From contig MU058337.1 in the NCBI GenBank assembly GCA_013265495.1, positions 126,001-190,000 on the forward strand: a DNA stretch of 64,000 nt, read 5' to 3'. Positions 51,598-63,405 of the stretch are shown one piece after another (within the stretch, counting starts at the first letter, position 1; each line of letters begins with the position of its first letter). Under the pieces are notes generated by a model. That model was not told where the DNA came from. It was given only the letters and a program-made list of their open reading frames with translations, and ran no database searches. The DNA comes from Vicugna vicugna (lineage: Eukaryota). The position numbers were made by a program, and so were the translations under genes.

Positions 51598-54500
51598 AAA
51601 AGTATATTAACCTTAGAATATGCTGAAATTACTTACAATATATTCTTGTGCATTTTACAATCACAATAAGCATAGATTATGGTCATTAAACTTTAACTAC
51701 TTGAAAATGGCTCTTTCTCCAAATAAATCTTTCTGAAGAATCACTCTTAATTTTATTCATTCAATAATGAATGTCCTTGTCTTTACCAAATATTCATTTG
51801 AGACTTCCTGTAAGGAGAAGCTTGTGAGTTTTGATATTGAAAAACGTTTTTTATTAAAACAAGTAAGCATGATATTTTAGGATGAAATCAAACAGCTGAT
51901 TTCTGTGGTAGAATACAAAGCAATGTTTTATCTGTTCACAATCATCTTCAAGTTGATGGTAACATACTCATAAAAAAAACCACATCTGTTACATAACAAT
52001 AAAATCTTAATGTAAAATTTAATGGCTTCTTTAAAAATTAATAAAGCCTTAAAAATGGAGAGGAGCTTCACCATAATTTCCCTGATTCACACATTTAGTC
52101 CAGTTGTAAAAAACTCTTTCTCAAGAATATTATTTAAAATTATAGAAATAATCAATTGTATCTTAACTGTAATTATGGAAAATATTCCAATGTCAAAATA
52201 TTAAAAGTAGCATTCATATAAATTTTGGTGTGGCTACTGCTTTCTGGGAATTTGTAGATATTTTAAAATGAAGACTTATCCCAAGGATAAATTTGTGTAT
52301 TTAACCCATTTCAAGAAATACTACAGGGTTTCAGACACTGAAGGAAGTCAGATAGCCAAAACCCCGATAACACTTTTGTTAAGAAACAAATAATAATTGC
52401 TGAATTTAGAGTACCTTAAGATGTACTATACTATTAATTCTATCTTGACATTTGTTGAGCATTCTTTCATGAAAAAATGTTCAAGAGGAAGATGAAAGAA
52501 AATGTTGAGCTCAGGACTTTGAAGCATAAAACATGACGTACGGAACAAAATAGCCTAGTGGTTAAATCAACTGTCCATTCAATATTACAGTGATCAAAAA
52601 CACATTCCTTATAGAATTCTGTATATATGCCTATATTCATTTTAGCATTTACACAAGTATCTATGCAAATATGTATAATGAATAAATATACAGAGCATAG
52701 ATCGTTAAAGACACTTACAGGAGACGCGTGAATTGTTACTTCAGTTTCCCAACTTTGATTGGAATAACACGGTGGCAAACGGCAGCGGTGAGGAGTCATC
52801 GGAGCACACGGACAAATAAAGGGTCACAGGCATTCAGCAATGCCTGAATGGAAGTCGCACGGTCTTCTAGGCAAATAAAATCTCAGTTCCCCTCAAATGA
52901 AAAATCATACACTCCATCTCCATACGTATCTCACCTGAAACCTTCCCTGATCTTCACATTTCCACTTATCAGGTTTACTTTGAATACTGCAATTAAGCTT
53001 TATAAAGTTTCACACATAGAAAATTAAAACGTTGCCATAATTTCGGGAATAAGACAGAACCTTCTCCTTCTGGGCAAGGTGATTTGGAGGATGCATTCTT
53101 GGAATAGTTCTGACTCTGGAAAAACACAAAGCTTTATTCGTTCTGATCCAAATAAGCCGTTTCATTCTACTTTCTGAGAGAAGCTCCTCAGAAATAGTCT
53201 TTCCAACATTCCTGTTACAATGAATATTGAAACAGGTGAAGAAATGGGGATGGTATGTTGCTAACTAACGAAGTAATACTGCAGCACATATGTCTCTGTT
53301 ATGTGTGGGGGGAAGAAAAGCCACTCCAATTTTCCAGCCTTTAGTGGACTGAGCTTTGAACACAACTGTTTAGAATCATACAGGTCGTAAATAATTTCTT
53401 TCTTGTGGAGAGGAAATCTCAGTTATGCCACAGACTTCAGTCCTTCAAGGTATTTGTTGGCCATCCCAGGCTCATTTCTCTTGGATGACATCATTAGTAA
53501 AATAAGAGCTTTTCCCAAATGGACAAAAGAAAAATTTTCCAGTATCCTCATTTTACACAAGAGCTACCGTTATTTAACTGTTCTACCAAATACTGGTTTT
53601 GCCACAAAGTAAAATTCATAAAAGAGCCATTCCAAATTGTTTTGCAAAGCCCGTGGCATTTCTACCATTTCTGCCGACCGTCACATGACTGGGTGCATAT
53701 GAGGATAATATCAAATATTCTTCCCCCTGTGTCCTTCATTACAGTCTAGTTTATGTAGAATCTAATTCAAGTTGTATCAGAAAACAGATGGAGCTCATTC
53801 TACAAATACAGAGAACAAGCTGATTGTCCCTAAAATTTTGAATCTTTTTTCTTAGGAAGGTTCTGTTGGTGGTGGATACCCCCCGTTAGTTTGAATTTTA
53901 GTGACAAACACGATTTGCGTAGTTCCGGCACGTCACCATCATCTCACACCGACACAAATGATCCAATGCTCTCTTCCCAGCCCTGCACCCCTTTGAAAAT
54001 TATGCAAGTGTAAGGCAAGCGAAAAGCAAGAACACCTGCCTGTTCCCTCCCACTAGCTGGCCAGTGACAGAGACAAAGCACTGATCTCCTCTTTGCACTG
54101 AGCTTTCTGGGGTCTGCAACAAGCCTCTTCTTAGCTGTGGACAGAGCAGAACCCAAAACTGATTACCACTCACTTCCAGATCTGAGCTTCGTGGATCTTC
54201 AACGGCTGACTAGTTAATTAAATACGGCAACAGAATCACAGATTAGAACTTTCTTTATAAGCATGCCATTAATAAACCCATTTTTCAATGTAAGAAACAT
54301 CTGCACAAAACCACCACCGTATTCCCTCTGAACCAGAGTGTTTCATTCACTCTTTGACAGATCATAAGTTATCTGACCCGCAGGGAAGTTAGATCATCAA
54401 TTCACAGTTCCTTGTCCTGGTTTCCTGGATAAACCAGGAAGTTTAATATACATTTTAGGTCATTCATCATTCATTTGCACAAAAGATAAAATGCCAGCTC

Positions 54501-54780
54501 TCTAAGAACTGGAAACTGAAAAGGGGCGGGTCTAAGTAGCTTGCTGTTTGGCCAATACCAAGGAAGTGTGGGCCTGTTCTCCGCTGCAGGGTCGATCTGG
54601 GAGGAAGACTATGAAACAGCTTGATCTTCTGCAAAGCAAATAGTGAACATTAGTTTTCGCACATCACGTAAATTATTAATGCTAAGAAGGATATTTTCTT
54701 AGAAAGACAGAGTCTTTGGCAAACACTGATGAAATCCATTTCTCTTAACTCAAGTACAGAACATGAAATGTTGAAAAGCC

Positions 54781-54913
54781 TCTTTTTTTCCCCGAGAGGG
54801 GAGGTAACTAAGTTTATTTATCTAATTATTTATTTTGATGGAGGCAATGGGGATTGAACCCGCGACCTCCTGCATGCTAAGTACACGCTTTACCACTGAG
54901 CTATACCCTCCCC
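54781..54913 (-). mobile_element. tRNA-derived SINE (camelid vic-1-like)
   Basis: Reverse strand reads 'ggggagggtatagctcagtggtaaagcgtgtacttagcatgcaggaggtcgcgggttcaatccccattgcctcca' with A and B boxes and an A-rich tail. Confidence 0.92.
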
Positions 54914-55124
54914 ATGAAAAGTGATGTTTCTGTTAAATGACACCTCGGCATAGTGTATTTTTAATCAGGTGGCAGAGTAAAGCTGCAGGTGGTGCATGCG
55001 GGTGGGAAAAACCCCAGTGTGAAGGCAGAGGGGCACCGGGTCTAGGCAGTGAGACAGGACTTGACAGCATGTCCTTTCCAGTTGAAAAAAGCTTGTGAAA
55101 AATGAAAATGTAAGCCTGGCGTCT

Positions 55125-55142
55125 GGGGGAGGGTATAGCTCA
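55125..55142 (+). mobile_element. Isolated 18-bp 5' head of the same SINE
   Basis: 'gggggagggtatagctca'; its last 17 nt are the reverse complement of 54897-54913; body absent. Confidence 0.6.
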
Positions 55143-55414
55143 CAGTCCTGTCTCCCACGGCGTGCCGAAGGAGGGGCTGGCCCGGCCAGTGTCTAAAACG
55201 CTGTTCTCTGCTCCTGCTTTGCTGGTCTTCTGTTTGGTCCAGTTGTGGTCCAGTTGTGGTCTTCTCTTTTGGTCCAGTTTTCCTGGACGTGAGACATCTC
55301 TCCTGACCCGGCACCCTAGATTGGATTCAACCCTTGACCTCTCTTCTTCCCTTTTCAACTTATCTTCTCTTCCTCTGGTTAAGATGTCACTTCTTTTCAC
55401 TCCCTATCGCCTTA

Positions 55415-55545
55415 GTAAGAAAGTCAAAAGCCAAAAGAAAGAAGGAGAGAGAGGGATGCAGGGAGGAAGGAAGAGAGAACACGAAAGGAAAGAGAAGAGG
55501 AAATGAAAGAAAATGAAAAAAAGAAAGAAAATGAAAGGAAAGAGT
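55415..55545. repeat. GA-rich low-complexity tract
   Basis: 'aaaagaaagaaggagagagagggatgcagggaggaaggaagagag...aaagaaaatgaaaggaaagag'. Confidence 0.8.
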
Positions 55546-55892
55546 CAGTACTGTCTCCTAAACCTATGTTCTTTCTCGCCATCCTCAGTCCCTCGCAGCC
55601 AAGGACTATCACTCAGGGAACCAGTGCTTCCGAGTTACACCGAGGAGCTGCACTTTAAACCCTGCTGCAACCTATTCAGCCGGGGTCAGTCTGTGTCTCC
55701 TCACTGTGTAGTTTCTTGTCTTATTCTTGGCATTGGACCCAATGTTTCTTGTCCCAAATTCTATCCTCAGATCTTGATAAACAGCGTCCAGTGGTGGCAT
55801 CTGGCCACAAGTCAACTGTTTGAGGCTCTGTCTCCTTATGGGATTTTTCCCTTTGTCTCATTCGCAAGCGTTCACTTAAAATAAAATACCAT

Positions 55893-56179
55893 AGAGTCCA
55901 CAAAGGATAACTTCTGGAGACAGTGTGGAGAAAAGGGAGCCCTCCTACACTGCTGGTGGGAATGGAGTTTGGTGCAGCCATTATGGAAAACTGTATAGAG
56001 AGTCCTTAAAAAACCAAAAATAGACTTGCCATATGATCCAGCAATCCCACTCCCGGGCATATATTCAAAGAAAACTCTAATTTCAACCACAATGTTCATA
56101 GCAGCACTACTTATAATAGCCAAGACATGGAAGCAAGCTAAATGTCCATCAACAGATGACTGGATAAAGCAGCTGTGGT

Positions 56180-56221
<42 letters not shown>

Positions 56222-56718
56222 ACATGATGGAATACTACTCAGCCATAAAAAGGAATGAAATAAAGCCACTTGCAGTAACATGGATGGAACTGGAGATAGT
56301 CATATTAAGTGAAGTCATTCAGAAAGAGAAAGAAAAATACTATATGCTATCAATTATATGTGGAATCTTAAAACACACACACACACACACACACACAAAT
56401 GACTTATTTACAAAACAGAAACAGACACAGACATAGAAAACTAACTTGTGGTTACCGGGGGGAAGGGGGAGAGTAGAGGGATAAATTGGGAGTTTGAAAT
56501 TTGCGGATGAAAACTACTATATATAAAATAGATAAACAACGAGGTCCTACTGTGCAGCACAGGGACCTGTATTCAATACCACGTAATAGCCCATAATGGA
56601 AAAGAATATGAAAAGGAGTATACATACATGTATAGCTGAATCACTGTGCTGTACACCAGAAACTAGCATGACATTGTAAACTGATTAGCCTTCAATTTAA
56701 TAAATAAATAATAAGTAG
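55893..56718 (+). mobile_element. Relatively young 5'-truncated L1 (ORF2 C-terminus plus 3' UTR) with internal (GT)19 and (AC)12
   Basis: Peptide [38 protein letters not shown] matches the L1 ORF2 C-terminus; perfect 12-bp TSD ataaaataccat (55881-55892 / 56719-56730). Confidence 0.95.
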
Positions 56719-58169
56719 ATAAAATACCATGTAAACACACAGCTGTCAGACATAGTAAATACATTTGCTAATTTGGTTCCATGAAACAGTACTTCCACTT
56801 AATTGCTTGAAGTCTCACATCCGTGCATGCTCATCACTTTTTTTCTGCTCTTCTTATTTGCTGTAACCCTACTTCCTTGTGACTCAGGTGATGGTTGGGT
56901 AACCTGTGGGTACCAACTTCCCAAGTGTCAAAATGAGTGGAATCGGGTCCTAAGGAGCAGACTGTCACTGGAGTGAGGTGTTTACTCCAGAGACACAGGG
57001 ACCACGAGGGAACCATAACGCAAAGGGCGTATTTGGGAAGCCCACAAAGAAGCCGGACTGCTAACTCCCTCAGTTTCAAAGCTTCTTTTCCCTGGCACAC
57101 TTGTTAACGCAGAGACTTTAGAAAGGCCAACTGAAAAAGAAAACTGTTTTGAATTACAGCAGGCAAAGCGAACAGGATTATTCCTGAACGAAGACCGCTA
57201 TATGAATAATCCTTACAAATGAAACGGGAAAGTTGTGAGACCCCCTCACGTTCAAAGCCTCCTTTTACTGACACGTGCTGTTACCAGGGAGGCGCCGGAG
57301 CAGCCAGGCTACGCAGATTGATGGCTCATAGACAGCGTAATTCGAGCTGCCAAACAATTTTGAGCACCTGCAGGAGTCTGTGCTAAATGATTTCTTCGCT
57401 GAGTGAACATGGAAATGGAAAACTCTAAGCCCCATGCTCTTTGATTCAGCCTTTACTCAAAACTGTAACTGAAGCCAGAGCTTTAATTAATAGTTTAATA
57501 AAGAAGCATAGAAAGAGTTGAGAGAGCATCAGCACAGGGAACTTGATGAAACAAAGCACACACTATCTATTCCATCTTATTAAAAAGTAAGAAAAAGGTC
57601 AGCGTTTACTTACTAGTTACCATCAAACTCAAGCTGATGCTACACTTAATCCGTAATTTGCCCTTATAAACTTGAATTTCTAGAGAAACTGTTTGTAATG
57701 GGAAAAACAGTTTTTTTTTCTAAAAATATTGGAAAATAGAGTTAGAGAATTTAAAAGTTCCAAGGACTGTATTTCTGATTGCTTGTTGTAAGAAGCTGCA
57801 TTTGTGGGACATTTCTCTTTGAAAGATGTACTCATTCACTTAAGGTTATGAACCATTTTGTCATAGAAGGTTGATTTTATCCACCAACTTCATGATAATT
57901 AACTCACCATCTGTGATCGCACAGTATTTTGTAACTCCATCCAAATTTAATAACTTGACCTTAATTGTCAGTGAGAGAACAAGATGGCACCTTGTAACGG
58001 CTTCTCCCAAGATCAACCTGTCGCAGAAGGAAGATTTGACCCCAGGCAGGCTGACAATAAGTTTGTGCTTTTAACCATGACACTATGTTGCTTCTTTATG
58101 AAAGAAGTAAAATATTAGAGGGGATATTGACGGCAGAATTTGCACCATGATGACTAGGAGAGGAAGGCA

Positions 58170-58330
58170 GAAGTGAAATAGAATATTCACAGGAATATCC
58201 AGTGGACTAGTTAATGAAACTCTTGGAGTTAGGTTTAAATTTAGTGGATTGAGGAATAAATAGGAAGTGAGAAATTGGAGACAGTATGCAGATTGTATTT
58301 TTGAGACAACTAAGATCCTTCCTTTCAACT
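58170..58330 (-). mobile_element. LINE-2 fragment
   Basis: 'gtggattgaggaataaataggaagtgagaaattggagacagtatgcagattgtatttttgag'. Confidence 0.55.
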
Positions 58331-59344
58331 ATATAATTTACATTAAAATAATGTCACTTATAAGATTTAATAAAGTAATGTTAGTCTAGCAAAGATCATT
58401 TTTGTTTTAACCATCTGTATCTTTTGAAACTTCCTATTTCAAGGCAATTAACCATTAACTGTTGAGAATATGGAGAAGGGAAGGAGTCTCCCCAAAAATG
58501 CTGCCATGAACACAACACATTTTAAGGCTCACGTAAGCATTACTGAGATCACTCTTCTTTCAAATCCAAAATAAATGAGAAGATCATTCTTCACTTATCT
58601 GAAAGTTTTCCACTTTAAAGACATATATGCTTTAATTCCAAGTCAGTAGTTCTGAAATATATTTATACATTTGGATTTAATAGAAATTCAAGAACTACCA
58701 AGAAGTTAGTGAATTAATAAGTGTTTTGGTGGATTTCCAAGGCAATATCACGTATGAAGTCTAAATTTTTCATCAGATGTGGCATCTGTAACAAAGCTCC
58801 TAGTGTCCAAATCCCACAAAATTGCAACATACGCTTCCAAGAAAAAGAATAAAGTATCTGTTCAGTTACTGGTAATCTTAAAAGGGCAGGAGCAGCTGCC
58901 AGAATCATTAGGGTTTGGTGATCCATGTGTGTCTTTTTTGAGGGAAACAATCTGTAGTTAATTCTGCACTCACCAGCTGGGGTCACTCCTGCCCCTCTCC
59001 TCCCCCCACTACACACAAAAAAATCAGACATAGGATGATGAAGAGCAGTGTCTGCTGCCAAACTTAAAAAAAGAAAAAAAAATTGGCATCATTTGCTCAA
59101 TACACACAGAAAGTGTGTAAAGTGAGTAAAAAGTAATTTAATTCCACATCCTTCATTACAGGCAGCACACTCATTGAAGGAATTACAAATATGTGCATTT
59201 TAGTTTCAGGGTTCTTTTTAAAGCCCCTTTAATAAGATAGCAAGTGTACAAGTCGTGCTAGGCAGGTGCAGGAGGCCAGGAGAGCTCCTTTCTCATCCAG
59301 TGCCCTCCTTGGATGCAAAGTTCAAATGCAAAAGGCTGCTGGGA

Positions 59345-59586
59345 TGGATCAGGGGTTTGGGACTAACAGCTCACATCACTGTATGTAAAACAGATAAACA
59401 ATAAGGACCTACTGTCTCACACAGGGACCTATATCCAATTTCTTGTAGCAAACTGTAATGGAAAAGAATCTGGAAAAGTATACATGTATGTGTAAATGTA
59501 TAACTGCATTACCTTGCTGTACACCTGAAACTAACATTGTAAATCGACAGCACTTCAATAAAAAAGTAAGAATTTAAATAAAAAAA
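59345..59586 (+). mobile_element. 5'-truncated L1 3' end
   Basis: 'gtttgggactaacag...aaggacctactgtctcacacagggacctatatccaa...cacttcaataaaaaa'; TSD aaaaggctgctggga / aaaaggccactggga. Confidence 0.92.
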
Positions 59587-60379
59587 AAAAGGCCACTGGG
59601 AGACAGGAACAAAACACCATTCAGACTCAGGCTCAAACAAAGTCATAAAGCCTGGGGACCTCCCCACGCCGCCCAAGGACTGTGAAGGGAGTGCAAGCTT
59701 CACACGATTTGATAAATGGTGTTATTTCATCAATGTCATTAGTTCCATTATAAGCAGAAAATACCTAATACTGATTACTTCAGAGTTGGGAGATCCAAAA
59801 GATTTAATTTAGCCATCAAGTAGATTGTTCTCTAACATGTATGAGGCAATAATGTTCCCTGTGAAACGTATTGATAAGTGAGTGAAGGAAGGGGCAGCTT
59901 GCTTTGCACCATCGGCACTCAGCCCCAGTCCACCTCCCAGGGTCCAGAGGTGGTTCCGAATGCTGTTCGCGGTGGGACCCAGAGGCACGGTCAGCGCCTG
60001 ATACATGAGAACCCTCGGTCCTCACACGGGACCTCCCCCTGTACGATTTCACTCCTGCACTTGAACTGGTCATATTACAGCAGTTTGATTTGTTTTACAT
60101 TTTTAAAATATAAACTATCGGGCAATCATTTTACCTTGAAATCAGAAATAATCTTAAATAGGCAAGTTGACTTTAAAAATCATCTTCACCTTTTCAAAAC
60201 TAAATCATGTGTAAAATATCCACACTTCAATAAAAACTTAACATTTGAGTCCCACTTCTTTTTTTTTTCCTTCTCCATCTCCATCTTTAGTTCGTCATCT
60301 TGCTAATGTTTGTCATTTAACCCCAGCAGAATCCTTGGTTCAGGTGTTACCGTCCGAGTGCCACAGTCACTCCCCACCG

Positions 60380-61140
60380 CGGAAGGAAACAGGCTTGAAG
60401 GACGGGGTAGACACGCGCCAGGGTGACGGTGTCTCGGAAGAACACCGCGTAACACCGGCATCGACAAAGAAGCAGAAGTGGGAAAGCACAGCCACGTGCT
60501 CAACACGGTCGTGAACAGAGAGGTCAGCTGTGTGACCGGCCACGCTCCTGGCACTGGGACAGAAGTAAGACACGGCCTCTGAGCTGGGATGTTGCTGAAG
60601 GATTCATGCGTGTGGTGCGGGGGTAAACCCCGAGACTTATAGAGTCCATGCCCACGCTGAGAATCTCTAACCCTACTGAATATTGACATGGGAAATGAAA
60701 GGGCCAGGCTGCGAAAGATCTGGCAGCTTTCTGCGGTAAACAGCTTGAATATGAAGGGCAGACAGCAGATACTGAAGGTTTGGGGCCTGCAGAGCAATGA
60801 TCCAAGTGGTACCAAGGAAATGAATCAGGGAGTGATGTGCAGGAGGGACGAGGAAGGGACGCTGACAAAGGCAGCGGTATCACAGGACACCACTGGCATT
60901 CTGGAAACAAGGTCCGATGCTGGGCAGCGGCAGAGAAGATGGCAGGAGGGTACAGACACAGGTGATTCATGAGGACACAAGAGAGGAGATTCACGGTCTA
61001 AATGATGCAACGGAGGAGAGAGAAGGTTCAGATTCCATTGGCTCCACAAACCGAATCAAGGGATCCAGGAGTGGCTGCAAGTTTGGGTTAAAAACTGAGT
61101 TTCCTTTTAGATAAGTTAAATCTGAGGTTCCTGTTCACCA
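60380..61140 (-). mobile_element. LINE-2 remnants, GC-shifted
   Basis: 'cagcttgaatatgaagggc...gagtttccttttagataagttaaatctgaggttcctg'; left boundary uncertain. Confidence 0.5.
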
Positions 61141-61365
61141 GACGAATTCCTGCACATTCTTCAACTCGCAAATTCCGTCTCCTCCGTTAACCTCCCCCGA
61201 CTCTCCTCCGCTGGACATGAGCACTCTGTCATGAGCACGCCCATGGCACCTGAGAACGCCTCCATCCTGGTGTCGTCTCACTAGGTCTCGCATTCTGCAT
61301 TTAACTTTACCATCTGTCTACATGACGCCTACGTAGAAAGGATCAGGATCTTTTTTGGACACTGT
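61140..61365 (+). mobile_element. LINE-2 3' fragment
   Basis: 'ttcctgcacattcttcaactcgcaaattccgtctcctcc...tttaccatctgtct'. Confidence 0.45.
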
Positions 61366-62680
61366 TATGGGTTGAATTCAAGAACTTAACACCCATGGAG
61401 AAAAGAACTGACAGATACTACGTGTAATTTATTTACAGAGTCATTCACTCATTCAGTAAACAAACAGGAGTACTCTTGCCAGAGGTTGGCTTTCCTGTAC
61501 ATTATTGAGATCGCATAATTCAAAGAAGTTGCTGCTTTCTGGATAGAAAAGAGTTTGATCATCTCCAAAATTCTGGCCCAGTTATGAGCTACGGAAGAGC
61601 ACACATATTAAAACGAACAAACAAACTATCCTTTCTAGTACATCGTCAGTAACTGTGTGAATTAGTCTGCGTGTGTTTCTTTTCTTCTTCCCTTCACGAC
61701 TTTGATTTCGCTTTTACACTGGGAAAAAATTAATGACTGTGTATTTAGCATACTTTGTATACAATGCTGGATATATTCCACTAAGGAGTAAAAAGGTTGG
61801 AAAAACTTCGCAGGACATTTACATGCATTACACCATATTTATGTGGTTTGAGATGAATAACAATGAAATTGTGTTTAGTATAAATCTAGAACAAAGTAGA
61901 AAATACGCACCATAATAGGAGCATTTTCTGCAACGTGTAACGCTCACACTTCTTTACTTTTTTTCCACAAATTCAGCTGACTGCACACAGAAAGGAAAAG
62001 CCATTGAACTCATAAAACAGGTCATTAAATATAATTACCTTTACAAGCAAAACTGCTTCAGATCCCAAATACCAGGCTCTGATGCAGATTCTCAGATATA
62101 AAGAGGACAGTTATCAGTTTGAATAGTGCTATTTACCCGGGAAGGGGGGAAAGGAAGGCTGGAAGAGGCAGGATGAGGGACCAGGACAGAGAGGACGCAC
62201 GTGACCTGGGAATTACCCATTCATTACACAGAGTGAACTGAGCCCGTATGTCCAAACCCTGACCGATGCCAGTCCTCCACCGCCTGGAAGAGGAGAGTCA
62301 GAGCGTCCGCTGCCTGTTGCTGCTGGGAGACAGGATGCTCACACCCGCTGAAGTATCTTTACTCTGAAAAGACACACTCCTATTCTGTTGAAATCGCATT
62401 TGTCTCCTATGCTTATGAGTTGAATGCACCCATATCACAGAGTGTTACTAATTTACTGACTTCAATGTATCTGAGACTGAGGAAGGTTTCAATGTATACT
62501 ATAATTGAATAGAACTGCAAAAATACACCAGATCGTCCACAGAGTTTTATTAGCTAGTTTTCTCCTTGACAAATACCAATTTTGCTCGGTGTGCTGTATT
62601 TTATTAATTCAAGGCATCAAGATCATTAATTCCCCCACATGAGTGCTTACTGGCAAGGTTCTAAAAATATAAGAATCTCA

Positions 62681-63039
62681 GATGCCATATGACATCTCTT
62701 ACATGTGGAATCTAAAAAATAGGACACAAATGAACTGCTTACCATTTATAACTTAGATGACTGATTTCTTGAATGTGTAAGCACGTTTGACTGTCCTTTA
62801 TGACTGGATTATCGCATTCTGTTGATTCTTATTTTGTGGTTGGCTTTATTCCTTTGATAACTAGGTAAGTTTAAAAAGCTAAAGCTCTAATCTGTTCTTA
62901 GAAACAATGATCAATACCTGTATGTTAACTAAAAAAAAAAACACGTGCAGTGTATTGTATATATGTATTTACATGCAATATAATATATACATGCAGTCAA
63001 ACTGTAATAATTCTACCAATAAAACTGAAAAAGAAAAAA
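62681..63039 (+). mobile_element. TSD-flanked composite retro-insertion (L1 3' UTR piece, non-L1 sequence, AATAAA and poly-A)
   Basis: aagaatctca at 62671-62680 and 63040-63049; L1 piece at 62682-62736; AATAAA at 63018-63023; A-rich tail. Confidence 0.6.
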
Positions 63040-63244
63040 AAGAATCTCAAATTCACAATGCAGATATAAGAATAATCTCTAATATTCAAATAATAGTCTA
63101 ATTATACCTTTATTTATAAACTCAAATTATATCTTTTCAAGGAAAATGATCCAGGGTTTCATTGTGATTATAATTGTACATTTTTACTGACAGAGATATG
63201 TAACAGGAATATATAGAGATACATGTGTGCATGAAGTACGTATT

Positions 63245-63405
63245 ATAGTTTTGAAAATGACTTTCATATGCATCCATCATCTCGTTTAATTCTCACTAAA
63301 ACTGAAGCAGACCAGACAGACCTTACGATACACACTGTATGAATTAGGGCACCAACACCATCACACGATGCTATTAAATGACTTGCCCCGGGTCACACAG
63401 AGGTA
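63245..63405 (-). mobile_element. MIR SINE
   Basis: 'atcatctcgtttaattctcac...ttaaatgacttgccccgggtcacacag'. Confidence 0.7.

Noticed and set aside
52827..52850. Overlapping alternative mini-hairpins (caggcatt/aatgcctg and cattcag/ctgaatg)
   Set aside because: Stems of 7-8 bp; no evidence of transcription or conservation
56026..56436. 136-aa ORF with a poly-(VC) tract
   Set aside because: L1 ORF2 C-terminus read through (GT)n and (AC)n microsatellites in a 5'-truncated element
58973..59007. Further minus-strand exon-like units with good donors (also near 15234 and 20681)
   Set aside because: Weak acceptors or no recognisable peptide; pseudo-exons are frequent in long introns
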